A DNA stretch of 59,338 bases, filler included. It is 7 parts of 7 records of this genome, joined end to end, with 100 filler letters (N's around TTAATTAATTAA, not from the genome) between each part and the next. Parts side by side here need not be neighbours in the genome. Positions count along the whole stretch, not along the records: positions 1 to 5,846 come from SRR31156797_51551; positions 5,947 to 11,131 come from SRR31156797_51637; 5 more parts are not named here. One strand, given 5' to 3'. This document shows positions 1 to 9,813 of this stretch, in pieces. The notes beneath the pieces are model-generated. The model did not search any database, was not told where the DNA came from, and saw only the letters and a program-made list of their open reading frames with translations. The translations under genes and the position numbers were made by a program. How positions within the stretch are numbered: position 1 is the first letter of the stretch; each line of letters starts with the position of its first letter.

Positions 1-435
1 AAAATGGCAATTGTAAAAGGTGTTGAAAAGCTGCAGGAAAATCTGAAAACAACAAGCGATGAGCTCAAACAGCTTTCAATGAAGCTGGCATCCATGCAGG
101 CTGATAAGATCGAACCACTTTTTGAAAAAGAAGGAACTCAGATCTTTGTTATGGAAAGTGGAAAAGGTCGCCAGGACACTCTCAAACTTGTTGATTCACT
201 TAAATCAAAGATAGATAACGGACTTTTTGTAGTCGCCGGAGCTGAAAAAGGAAAAGCCCTTGCAGTTGTCGCATCTAGTGGTGATGCTAAGAAAAAATTT
301 CACGCTGGAAATATCCTTAAAAAACTTCTTGAAGAATTCGGTGGAAGAGGTGGCGGAAAACCTGATATGGCTCAGGGTGGCGCGCCTTCGATCGATCTAG
401 AAAAACTTAAGGAACTTGTGAAGGGGATTGTGTAA
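1..435 (+). CDS. alaS: Alanine--tRNA ligase, C-terminal fragment (DHHA1/C-Ala domain); 5' truncated by window edge
   Basis: Frame is open from base 1. Coiled-coil region followed by the GGRGGGKPDMAQGG motif typical of the AlaRS C-terminus. Confidence 0.85.
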   Translation, partial: KMAIVKGVEKLQENLKTTSDELKQLSMKLASMQADKIEPLFEKEGTQIFVMESGKGRQDTLKLVDSLKSKIDNGLFVVAGAEKGKALAVVASSGDAKKKFHAGNILKKLLEEFGGRGGGKPDMAQGGAPSIDLEKLKELVKGIV

Positions 436-437
436 GA

Positions 438-782
438 TCAGGAAACTAATTCAATTAATTTTTCAATATTTTTCTTTAATGGTGGCAGGTCATTTTTTAT
501 AGTGTCCCAGACTGCGGGAAGGTCAACTCCGAAGTAATGATGTATAAGAACATTTCTCATATCAATTATTATTCGCCACGGAATCTCAGGGTTGTCGTCT
601 TTTAGTTTCTGTGAAACTTTTCCAGAGGCTTCTCCTATAATCTCCAGTTTCCTTATTACTGCACTAGTCATCATTTCATTTTTATAGAATGTATCGCAAG
701 AAACATCGTTGGTGAACTGAAATATGTCATTAATCGCATCTTTTATATGAAGAAGATAGAAAATGTCATCCTTATGCGGCAT
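438..782 (-). CDS. HepT-like (DUF86/HEPN) ribonuclease toxin
   Basis: 114 aa with AVIRKLEIIGEA, EIPW and the RX4HXY motif (RNVLIHHY). Overlaps the upstream nucleotidyltransferase gene. Confidence 0.9.
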   Translation of the reverse strand: MPHKDDIFYLLHIKDAINDIFQFTNDVSCDTFYKNEMMTSAVIRKLEIIGEASGKVSQKLKDDNPEIPWRIIIDMRNVLIHHYFGVDLPAVWDTIKNDLPPLKKNIEKLIELVS

Positions 783-1089
783 AAATTTCCTCCATCTCTC
801 TGAGGATACTGTCTTTTAGATAAGAGTTTAAGGAGTTTTCAGTCAAAAGGTCAACGGGACTTCCAAGTATTTCTGATAATTTTTGGGTTAGTGCTATTAT
901 TTGAAAAAGGCTTTTGTTCTCTGAAAATTTAACAAAAAGATCTATGTCTGAATTTTCGTTGTTGTCACCTCTTACAAATGAACCGAAAAGAGCAAGGAAG
1001 ACGATGCCTTCATCTTTACAGAGCTGTTTCAAATCATTATTATTTATGATGTCGTTTTTTTTTTCGACTTTCTTCATGACTAACCTCAA
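772..1089 (-). CDS. MntA-like minimal nucleotidyltransferase antitoxin (start may be ATG at 1077)
   Basis: About 100 aa with LFGSFVRGD...SDIDL (GSX10DXD) and VDL. Translationally coupled to the HEPN gene. Confidence 0.9.
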   Translation of the reverse strand: MRLVMKKVEKKNDIINNNDLKQLCKDEGIVFLALFGSFVRGDNNENSDIDLFVKFSENKSLFQIIALTQKLSEILGSPVDLLTENSLNSYLKDSILREMEEIYAA

Positions 1090-1249
1090 TAAAATACTTA
1101 GTTATTTTACATTAAATTGCTGAAAAATAAAGAATCAGTTTAGAAACTGGTGATTTTTCAAAGGGTTTGAGGCTTAATCTCACATAATTTGACCCTTTTT
1201 CACTTTCTTCTATAATCTCTTAGGTTACCAATTTGTTCGGGAGCAGATC

Positions 1250-2533
1250 ATGGAAAAATTAGATATGAGAAAAATTCAGGATGCAGATCTTCGTGGAAAG
1301 GTCGTCCTTGTTCGAGTTGATCATAATGTTGTTAAAAAAGGAATAATTCATGATCCTTACAGAATTGATGCAACGATTGGAACTCTCTATTATATCAATG
1401 CAAAGGGTGGCAAGATCATTCTAATGACCCATGTTGGAAGACCCAAAAATAAAAAAACTGGTGAGATAAATATCAGCGATCATACTTCAGTTGTTCCTAT
1501 CGTTGAATATTTGCAGAAAAAGCTTCATGTAAAGATAAGAGTTCCAGATTTTTATAAGGATGAAAAACGTGGATATATCGGTCTTGAGACTTCGGTAAAT
1601 CATTTAATAAAAGAGCTTAAGCAGGATGAAATCGACATGGTCTATCTGCCAAACACAAGATGGTTCGAAGGTGAAGAGGCGAAGGATGACAGTCTTGATA
1701 GGTTTGCTGTTTCGCTGGCGGGTTTAGCTGATGTCTATGTTAATGATGCCTTTGGTTCATGGCAGCCGCATGCTTCAACGGTTGAAGTTGCTAAACATCT
1801 TCCTCCTTATGCAGGTTATCTTATGCAAAGAGAAATTGATAATCTTAGCAGGATCTATGAGCCGGACCGTCCTTTTATCGCAGTTGTAGCAGGAGCGAAG
1901 TTCGATACAAAGATAGAGCCTCTTTTTAAACTACTGGAAAAGGCTGACCATCTTGTTCTTGGTGGAGTTATGTATAACGCATATTTATGCGCAAAATACG
2001 GATTTTCAATAAAAGCTGTGAGTGAAGAAGATCTTGCTTCTGCTAAAAGATTTGTTGAATTTGCCAAAAAGCATGAAGGAAAGATTCTTGAACTTCCCTA
2101 CATTGTTGAATCGGACACACTTGACGGTAGAATTGAAGGAAAATACCGAACTCACGACATTCGTGAACTTAAAAAAGGAACGCAGCTTAACTATATTCTT
2201 GATGTTGATCACAGGTCTTTTGAAGAGGAGTCGGTAAAAGAAGTTTTTATGAAGGCAAAAACCATCTTTGTTAATGCCGTCATGGGTTTTACTCCTCATT
2301 TTAACGATGGGACTATTGCACTTGACGAACTAATTGACAGAAATATTGAAGCTTCAAAACTTTATGGTGGCGGTGATACGATGCAGGAACTCAAACGCCT
2401 GCTTCCAGGACTTTATATCGTTGCGATCGACAATCCAAAATACTACATTTTTACTGGTGGCGGAGCAGTTCTTAAGGCAATTGAAAATGGAACTGCGGCG
2501 GGAATGGAACCAGTGAAAATGCTTTTAAATTAA
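1250..2533 (+). CDS. pgk: Phosphoglycerate kinase (divergent type)
   Basis: RVDHNV, THVGRP, YVNDAFG, GGGDT and TGGGA motifs. GGAG RBS upstream. Confidence 0.9.
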   Translation: MEKLDMRKIQDADLRGKVVLVRVDHNVVKKGIIHDPYRIDATIGTLYYINAKGGKIILMTHVGRPKNKKTGEINISDHTSVVPIVEYLQKKLHVKIRVPDFYKDEKRGYIGLETSVNHLIKELKQDEIDMVYLPNTRWFEGEEAKDDSLDRFAVSLAGLADVYVNDAFGSWQPHASTVEVAKHLPPYAGYLMQREIDNLSRIYEPDRPFIAVVAGAKFDTKIEPLFKLLEKADHLVLGGVMYNAYLCAKYGFSIKAVSEEDLASAKRFVEFAKKHEGKILELPYIVESDTLDGRIEGKYRTHDIRELKKGTQLNYILDVDHRSFEEESVKEVFMKAKTIFVNAVMGFTPHFNDGTIALDELIDRNIEASKLYGGGDTMQELKRLLPGLYIVAIDNPKYYIFTGGGAVLKAIENGTAAGMEPVKMLLN

Positions 2534-2970
2534 TTCCTGTAAAAACCTAATAACAATTTCAAAGCCATATTAAAATTGTAGGTCCCTGTAAAAATATGCA
2601 TTTTTTTCACCAACACCTCTTTCTGACATGTTCTGAGGCGCTTTTCTTACATTTAGAAGTTTTTGGAGTTTCCATATATTTTATGGAGGTCTATTTCTTA
2701 TCATTTTCTCGATCTTATAATTAAAAGATACTTACATCTTTAATTTTAATTGGGATCTAGATAATTAGTTTGTTGATGAAAGAGCTGTAAGTTCTTATTG
2801 AAAAAATAAATGCAACAATATATTAACGGTATATGACAAAAAAACAACAAAGAAAATTTGACATATTGATTAAAGGATGTTTGATTTAGTTTGAGATGAA
2901 AATAGAGTTAGTCATTGAGCTTATAGATTGCAAAGTAGATATAAAAGAATTAGAGATAGGAGGTTTCCCC

Positions 2971-5846
2971 ATGTTAAAAGGTTTTATTAGGGTTCTTACA
3001 GTGTTCTTGGTTCTTGTTTTTCACAGCGTTCTGCATGCAGATATCAATGATGCTAAAGTTGCCGAGTATAGTTTTAACAGTAACGCTATTAATGTTAATA
3101 CAGGGCTGAACGGTCAAGAGTCTGGGGAGTGGAGTTATGGACTGGGACTGAAAGGGACAGCTATTTCACTTGACAACTCACCGACTTCAAATCAAAGTTA
3201 TGTGGAGCTTGACGAATTTGATCCCAACTCATTGGGAACTGCAAACGAAATGTCTTTAAGTTTTTGGGTCAGGCCATTAACTACTTCTGGAAATCACTGC
3301 TATGTTGGAAAACACACCTCTTCTGGAAGCAATATTCTATTGCTGGGAAGGTGGAATTATGGCAAACTTAGAGTTCAATTGCCCGCGAGCTCAGCTTATA
3401 CTGATTTTACAGATACAGAAGTTGCTAATGTATGGGCACATTACGTGTTAACTACCAAAAAAGTGACAGGTCAAACACAGACTGAAGCAAAAGTTTATAA
3501 AAATGGAACACTCATTGGTACAACCACCTTAAATGACACTCTTGACGACATGAGTGGAAAGTCTTGGGTTGTTGGACAAGACTGGGATTCAAGCACTCCG
3601 AGTGATTTTACAAACGGTGATTTTGATGAACTATCGTTTTATAATAGAGTTTTAACTTCGACTGAAGTTGCGGATCTTTACTCAGAGCAGAACAACAAGA
3701 ATGTGTATCAGGGCAGATATGTGTCATATAGTTTTGATAACAACACAAACATAAGTACCTATGGAAATTCGATAACTAATGTAGGGACTACAAGTGGAAC
3801 AATAACATATCAAGCTGGACATCTAGGCTCTTCAGTAAAGCTAACAAATAATGGATATATTAACTTAGCGGATTTTGACCCAAGTACAGCCGGAACTTCA
3901 GGTGAATTCTCTTTCGAAGTAAGAGTAAAACCGACAGATACAAGTGGAAACCATTGTTATATAGGGAAGCACACAAGCGGTGGAAGTAATCAGCTTTTAT
4001 TTGGGTTCTGGAATGGTGGGGTAATAGTGCAGTTAAATGGTGTTTACTACAGACATTATATGGACGAACCCTTTGGCGTTTGGACCCACTGGACAGTGGT
4101 TGGCAAAAAGATCTCATCTTCTCAAACAGAGATTTCATTATATCAGGATGGGGTTAAATTATTTACGCAGACTCTCAGCACAGTTTTAAGTTTAACTGCA
4201 GGAGGAAAACCTTGGGTTGTTGGACAGGAATGGGATTCAAGTAATCCTTCAGATTATTCGACAGGAGAATTTGACGAAGTTGCTTTTTATAGCCGGGCAT
4301 TAACCGCTGAAGAAGTTGCTACTCGCGCACAATATCCAAGATTGGAGGACAACCTCCTTGCTCATTACACTTTTGATGGAGACTTTGATTCTGACGTTAA
4401 AGAATACGGATATTATCCTGCTCAGGGAAACAATTTAACTTTAAGTGATGATACAGCTAATTATTCTGATGGTAATGCAGCTGTTTTTAATGGGGTGTCC
4501 GGAAGTTATTTGGTAGCAGGGACAGACGATTCAGATATTGGGGCTTCAGAGCTTCATGATCCCCGACTTTTTTATAGTGGAACTGAAAACCGTGGTTGGG
4601 CCATCAGTTTCTGGGTTAAACCAACTACGGGATATTATTCTGAAGCATATTATTCCAGAAATTTTATTAGTGGAAACAATGATTACTATATGTTTAATGA
4701 CACCAGTAGTCCTTATTATTTGCGTCTGTATAAGGGTGGCTCTTCAACAAATGTAAATTTAAGCAGTATGGGTGCTGGTGAAACAGAAGGCTCTTGGCAG
4801 CATTATGTAATTAATTATATCATTAATGGAAGCATCACTGTGGCTTATGCATATAAAAATGGAGAATATGCAGGAAGTGGCACATTTAGTTCAGCATATT
4901 CATCAATTACTGATGCAACTACGCATAGGCCCTGGACTTTCGGTGCTGAATATGACTATAACAATTCAATCCCTAACAATCTTTTTCACGGACGAATGGA
5001 CAATATTCGTTTTTATGGAAGAACACTGAATGAAGGGGAAGTCAACACCCTTTATAACAATTGTGAAATGGTGCATTCACATAGGAATAGTTCAGGGTAT
5101 TGTGAGTGTGATTATGGGTATGAATTGAATGCAGAGGAGACAAAATGTGAAGACGACCCTTTAATAAGTGGTGTTGTCGGTGGAAGCGGTTTGAAGGCGT
5201 ATTATCCTTTTACCACTCAAATGAGCTTTAACCCTTCCGATGGAAGTGTTTACTACAACTCTGCTTCTCCAACAGAAAATTCCAATACAACTACCTCTAA
5301 TTGTGAACAATGTTTAGGGCTAGAATGCACTTCAACATATGTTTTTTCTAAGACGTTTACACAGGGGAACACGGCTTATTTGTCAGGCTCAACGGCAAGT
5401 TCGTTTACATGTGAATTTAACAATGAAAGTTGCTTGGCAACCTCTGATGAAAGATATTTAGGAATATCTTTGGTAACAAAAATTGAATCCTATGGATTTA
5501 GTACTCTCGCTGGGTGTTCTGCTTGTCGATCTGATGAAACAGGTTGCCCTCAGCCTTTGACAAGTTACTCTTCGGATCTCACAAATTTAGGCACTTCCAA
5601 TGTTTTTTCGATTGGTTTTTGGGCTAAGCCGTCCAATCCTGATTTCAATATAAGAATGTATAGGTACGATGAAGATTCAGGTCAAACACAGGATCTAATC
5701 GACCTGGAAATAGTTAGTTCAGCCACAAACAAGAAAGCGGTGCTTAGTGTTTCCGATGTAGAAAGCTCTACTACAGTTTCAAGAAACTTTCCTATGGAGT
5801 CGATTGAAGCTCCAAGAGATCAAAACGCTGGATGGCATTACTATAC
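2971..5846 (+). CDS. Large secreted protein with at least three LamG/concanavalin-A-like domains, an EGF-like Cys segment and a Cys-rich region; 3' truncated at the gap
   Basis: AGGAGG RBS before ATG 2971 and signal peptide MLKGFIRVLTVFLVLVFHSVLHA. Repeated LamG signatures (SFWVRP/FWVKP, W.H, G.FDE..FY.R.LT..EV). Runs into Ns. Confidence 0.8.
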
Positions 5847-5946
5847 NNNNNNNNNNNNNNNNNNNNNNNNNNNNNNNNNNNNNNNNNNNNTTAATTAATT
5901 AANNNNNNNNNNNNNNNNNNNNNNNNNNNNNNNNNNNNNNNNNNNN
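5847..5946. other. Artificial contig linker (N44-TTAATTAATTAA-N44)
   Basis: Ns flank a 12-mer with stops in all six frames. The same unit occurs six times. Confidence 0.98.
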
Positions 5947-6020
5947 AATAACACACTTATAATCAATATTTAACCCATGTAATACCAAACAATTTTCCTT
6001 TAATTAAACACCCATTCAAA

Positions 6021-8249
6021 ATGAAATCCAAATACACATTATTACTATTGCTGTATCTGTTATTTTCAGCAATCTCAACAAATTTAAAAGCGCAACTAAC
6101 TCCGGGCGACATAGCTTTTGTTGGCTTCAACTCTCAAAATCCAGATGCATTTTCAATTGCTACATTAACCGATCTCGCCAAAGAAGATACTATCTATTTT
6201 ACAGATAATGGCTGGCTTTCGTCGGGAAGTTTACGCAATGGCGAAGGAACGATTGACTGGATAATTCCGGCAGGAGGAATCCCAAAAGGATCTGTTGTTC
6301 TTTTCGAAAATAATTCAGGTTGGAATGCTACCAGTGGAACGGTTTCCGGAGGAGTTACCTTAGCCAGTAGCGGAGATCAGATTCTGGCTTATACCGGCGA
6401 TCAGACAAATCCAAATTTTATCGCTGCCATTCAATTTTCAAATGATGCATGGGATATTGATGAAGATGGAACTTCATATTCAGCCCTGCCCGCTGGATTG
6501 ACAAACGATTCAACAGCAGTTGCTATTTCTGAAACAGAAAATGCAATTTATTGCGGTTCGTATTCAGGAAATAAAACAGAAGAATTAATACTAATTAATA
6601 ATCCGGCTCGATGGTATAGGAATGATTCTCAAAGTTTTGATCTGGCTCCTGATTTTTACCCTTTTGAAGTTTTTAGCGATGCTGCCGGAACAAACGACTG
6701 GAATACAGCAACAAACTGGATTACATTTTCAATACCAAATTCCGATGTAAGTGTTATAATACCAAACGATAAAACCGCCGAAATAACAGGATTACCAGCG
6801 GCTAATTGCAAAAACCTCATTATTGAACCTGAAGGATTTCTGATAGTGGAATCGGGAAATACACTAAATGTAATAAACAACCTAAAAATTAAATCGTATT
6901 CAATTACAAAAACAGGAGGAATTTCGGGAAGTGGAAATATTACAGTTTTGGGAATTTCTACTATCGAAAGATATATGCCTGGCGATTGCTGGCATATAAT
7001 TTCGTCGCCGGTGCAAAACCAAACACTTGGCAGTTTTGCCACAAATCAGGCAAATTCTATTCAATTTAACAGCACATACAACAATTATGATCTAGCTCCC
7101 TACGACGAAACAATGGATGAATGGACTCCCTATACTTTAGAAACGAATACCAATAATTTGGAAACAGGAAAAGGTTATGTTGTTTACAGAACCGAATCGG
7201 GAAATGTAAGTTTTTCGGGAAATATAAATTTAAAGGATACATCGGTAACCTTAACCAAAAATAATTATGGATGGAATGGTGTAGGCAATCCGTTTCCGGC
7301 TGCAATTCTTGGAACAGGAAGCAATAGTTTCCTTAGCACAAACAGCCAATGTTTAGACAGCGCTTATGCTGCACTTTATATTTGGGATGAAGATCCAAAC
7401 TCAGATAACGGAGATTATATAACTTACACTGCAGCTTCTTCGCAAAAGCTCGCTATTGGACAAGGTTTTATTGTAAAATCGAAATCTGATGGCGAAAAAT
7501 TAATCTTCTCCAATTCGATGATAACAGAGTCTGCACCTTCCTTTAAATCGGGGCAAACCGAACCTGTATTTATCAGATTGACAGCCAGCACAAACAATTT
7601 CTCAAACTCAACCGAAGTGTACTTTAATGATAATATGACAATTGGCTTGGATCCAACATTTGATGCCGGCAAACTAAAAGGAAATCCTGATTTTTATATT
7701 GGTACTCAATTAATAAACAACAGCAGCATAGATTTAGCAGTTCAGTCTCTTCCTTATCCTGAAAATGAAGAATTTAGCATTCCACTAATTTTACATTGTA
7801 AAAATGGCGGTGAAGTTACTTTTTCAGCTGAACAGGAAAATCTGCCAGTCGATCTCCCTCTTTTTTTATACGACAATAAAAACAACTCGCTAACTCAATT
7901 CGGCTTAACTGAAACAAATTACACAACGTTTGTAAATGCCAACGAACCTGAAACAGGCCGGTTCTTTTTACTTACCAGCGAAACATTAGCCACACCACAA
8001 ACAACTCAATTAAATGAAGAAATAGTTTCGGTACAGTACATAGACAAAACCATTCTAATTCGCGGGTATTCTGCCAAGCAAACTACCTTCAAACTAACAG
8101 GCACCGACGGTAAAATTCACATTATAAAAAAAGCAGATTCTTCGAATATAAATCGTATTCAGGTTCATCATATTCCATCCGGAATATATCTTCTAAACAT
8201 ACAAGGTCCACATCAAAATCAAACCAAAAAAATTGTTATTTCAAATTAA
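6021..8249 (+). CDS. T9SS type-A sorting domain secreted protein with an N-terminal lamin-tail-like domain
   Basis: Signal peptide ending LKA-Q, GDIAFVGFN...IYFTDNGW N-domain, GNPFPAAI and GQGFIV motifs, and C-terminal IPSGIYLLNI...TKKIVI CTD. Confidence 0.8.
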   Translation: MKSKYTLLLLLYLLFSAISTNLKAQLTPGDIAFVGFNSQNPDAFSIATLTDLAKEDTIYFTDNGWLSSGSLRNGEGTIDWIIPAGGIPKGSVVLFENNSGWNATSGTVSGGVTLASSGDQILAYTGDQTNPNFIAAIQFSNDAWDIDEDGTSYSALPAGLTNDSTAVAISETENAIYCGSYSGNKTEELILINNPARWYRNDSQSFDLAPDFYPFEVFSDAAGTNDWNTATNWITFSIPNSDVSVIIPNDKTAEITGLPAANCKNLIIEPEGFLIVESGNTLNVINNLKIKSYSITKTGGISGSGNITVLGISTIERYMPGDCWHIISSPVQNQTLGSFATNQANSIQFNSTYNNYDLAPYDETMDEWTPYTLETNTNNLETGKGYVVYRTESGNVSFSGNINLKDTSVTLTKNNYGWNGVGNPFPAAILGTGSNSFLSTNSQCLDSAYAALYIWDEDPNSDNGDYITYTAASSQKLAIGQGFIVKSKSDGEKLIFSNSMITESAPSFKSGQTEPVFIRLTASTNNFSNSTEVYFNDNMTIGLDPTFDAGKLKGNPDFYIGTQLINNSSIDLAVQSLPYPENEEFSIPLILHCKNGGEVTFSAEQENLPVDLPLFLYDNKNNSLTQFGLTETNYTTFVNANEPETGRFFLLTSETLATPQTTQLNEEIVSVQYIDKTILIRGYSAKQTTFKLTGTDGKIHIIKKADSSNINRIQVHHIPSGIYLLNIQGPHQNQTKKIVISN

Positions 8250-8258
8250 AGTCCCGGT

Positions 8259-8411
8259 ATGAAAAAGAAAAAAGAAAATAATATAAACAGAAAAGAAGCT
8301 CTAAAAAAAACAGGAATTGCTGCTTTAACGGCCTCAACTTTGCTAATTCTTGACACACAAAAAGCAAGTGCTTCGTCATATTCACCAACAAGACCTGGAA
8401 GAGAACGCTAA
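8259..8411 (+). CDS. Small 50-aa peptide with Tat-like leader (not in ORF track): MKKKKENNINRKEALKKTGIAALTASTLLILDTQKASASSYSPTRPGRER
   Basis: Hand-translated from ATG 8259 to TAA 8411. Fills the gap between two co-oriented genes with 9-nt and 6-nt spacers. Contains NRKEALK, a hydrophobic stretch and an ASA cleavage-like site. Confidence 0.8.
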   Translation: MKKKKENNINRKEALKKTGIAALTASTLLILDTQKASASSYSPTRPGRER

Positions 8412-8417
8412 AATAGA

Positions 8418-9554
8418 ATGAACAGGTTCAGATATTTTAACATTAAACTAGAAGAGCATCAATTAGTATGGTTTATTGAATCAGAAAGATTTGTACTTTT
8501 AAAAAAACCAGCTTTTAAATTGTTACAAATGATAACACAGGAATCTGATTTTTTAAAAACAATAAGTTATTGTGAAACTCAATTTTTGTTAAACAAAACG
8601 GATGCACAATTATTTATAAAATCTTTTATCAATTCAATTGAGAAATTAAAAGAAACCAAACAAACACTCGTTTCGCCTAAACCCAAATTAGAAAAAAAAC
8701 CTGTTTATTCCTCTATAAAAGAGAAAAGTAAAACCTATTTATTCTTTAATAAAGAAATTACCATCGAATACGGACAGCCTGAAATCAAACAATTATTCGA
8801 TCCTCTTTTTGAACACCTTGAAATTAAATCAATAAAAAAATCAAATCATACAATATCACTTTTTCAATCCAGTTCCATCTATTATATTTTCACAAATAAC
8901 ATTCGACACAGTTGCTTTCAAAAAAAAGACATTCCGTATTTTAAGGGTACTGTGTTTAAAATAATCTACAGTTTAATGTATAATTTTCAGGAAAGCGACT
9001 GGATAATGACCATGCACTCTTCAGGTGTTGTTCAGAATAACAAAACTTATCTGTTTGCCGGGCCTGGAGGAAGTGGTAAAAGCACACTGGCTGCTTTTTT
9101 AAATACAAAAACATTTTCATGTATTTCTGACGATTTTGTTGCAATCGATAAAAATGGGAAAGCATATCCTTTTCCGGCAGCTATTTCTATAAAAGAAGGA
9201 GCATTTTCAACACTGAAAAAATCAATCGATGAATTTCCTAACTTAAAATTACACCAATATTCAAATTATAAAAAGGTAAAAATGTATCCATTTAAAAATG
9301 AAAAACTAAACATTGGTAATAAAATCAATGCAATATTTCTTTTGAATTTCAACAATCTAAATCGCAATCAAATTACCAAAGATGAAAGTAAAAATGCTAT
9401 TGAAACAATTTTTCGTGAATCCTGGATAAATCCAAAGGAAGAAACGATCAGACACTTTTTAAGATTTATACAACAAATTCCCATTTACCGTTTACATTAC
9501 AGTTCAAGCCAAAATGCATATTTACTTTTATCTGATTTTATTTCTAAAAAATGA
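8418..9554 (+). CDS. HprK-related P-loop kinase with an N-terminal PqqD/RRE-like domain
   Basis: C-terminal MHSSGV, GPGGSGKST (Walker A) and SDD motifs as in HPr-kinase-like proteins. N-terminal ~80 aa show a 3-strand/3-helix PqqD-like pattern (LVWF..SERFVLL..PAFKLL...AQLFIKSF). Confidence 0.65.
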   Translation: MNRFRYFNIKLEEHQLVWFIESERFVLLKKPAFKLLQMITQESDFLKTISYCETQFLLNKTDAQLFIKSFINSIEKLKETKQTLVSPKPKLEKKPVYSSIKEKSKTYLFFNKEITIEYGQPEIKQLFDPLFEHLEIKSIKKSNHTISLFQSSSIYYIFTNNIRHSCFQKKDIPYFKGTVFKIIYSLMYNFQESDWIMTMHSSGVVQNNKTYLFAGPGGSGKSTLAAFLNTKTFSCISDDFVAIDKNGKAYPFPAAISIKEGAFSTLKKSIDEFPNLKLHQYSNYKKVKMYPFKNEKLNIGNKINAIFLLNFNNLNRNQITKDESKNAIETIFRESWINPKEETIRHFLRFIQQIPIYRLHYSSSQNAYLLLSDFISKK

Positions 9555-9727
9555 TACAACGGTTTAACATCACTTCAAAAAACAATAATACTTTTTATGT
9601 ATATATTTTATTAAAACTCTATGTTCCTTTTGAATAAAAAATCAGTTATTTTTATTAAGTCAACATTAAAAAAACATATGTTTACATTGATTTTATAATT
9701 ATTTCATGGTTCATTCCAACATTTAAT

Positions 9728-9735
9728 TACCTTTG
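9728..9735 (+). promoter_or_regulatory. Bacteroidota sigma-A -7 element (TAnnTTTG)
   Basis: TACCTTTG about 80 nt upstream of the ATG at 9814. Confidence 0.5.
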
Positions 9736-9813
9736 TTACAGAAGAAAAAGACGCTTTAATAACATTTTTTCTTAAACCCTGTTTTAAGTTTTAACATTAA
9801 CCCAAATAGCAAA

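Noticed and set aside
5891-5902. TTAATTAATTAA repeated six times as a possible biological repeat or CRISPR unit
   Set aside because: Always centred in 44+44 Ns; it is a synthetic six-frame stop linker.
8259-8411. Peptide as a lasso-peptide precursor
   Set aside because: No acidic ring-forming residue at position 7-9 of a plausible core, and no lasso cyclase or B2 protease on the contig.
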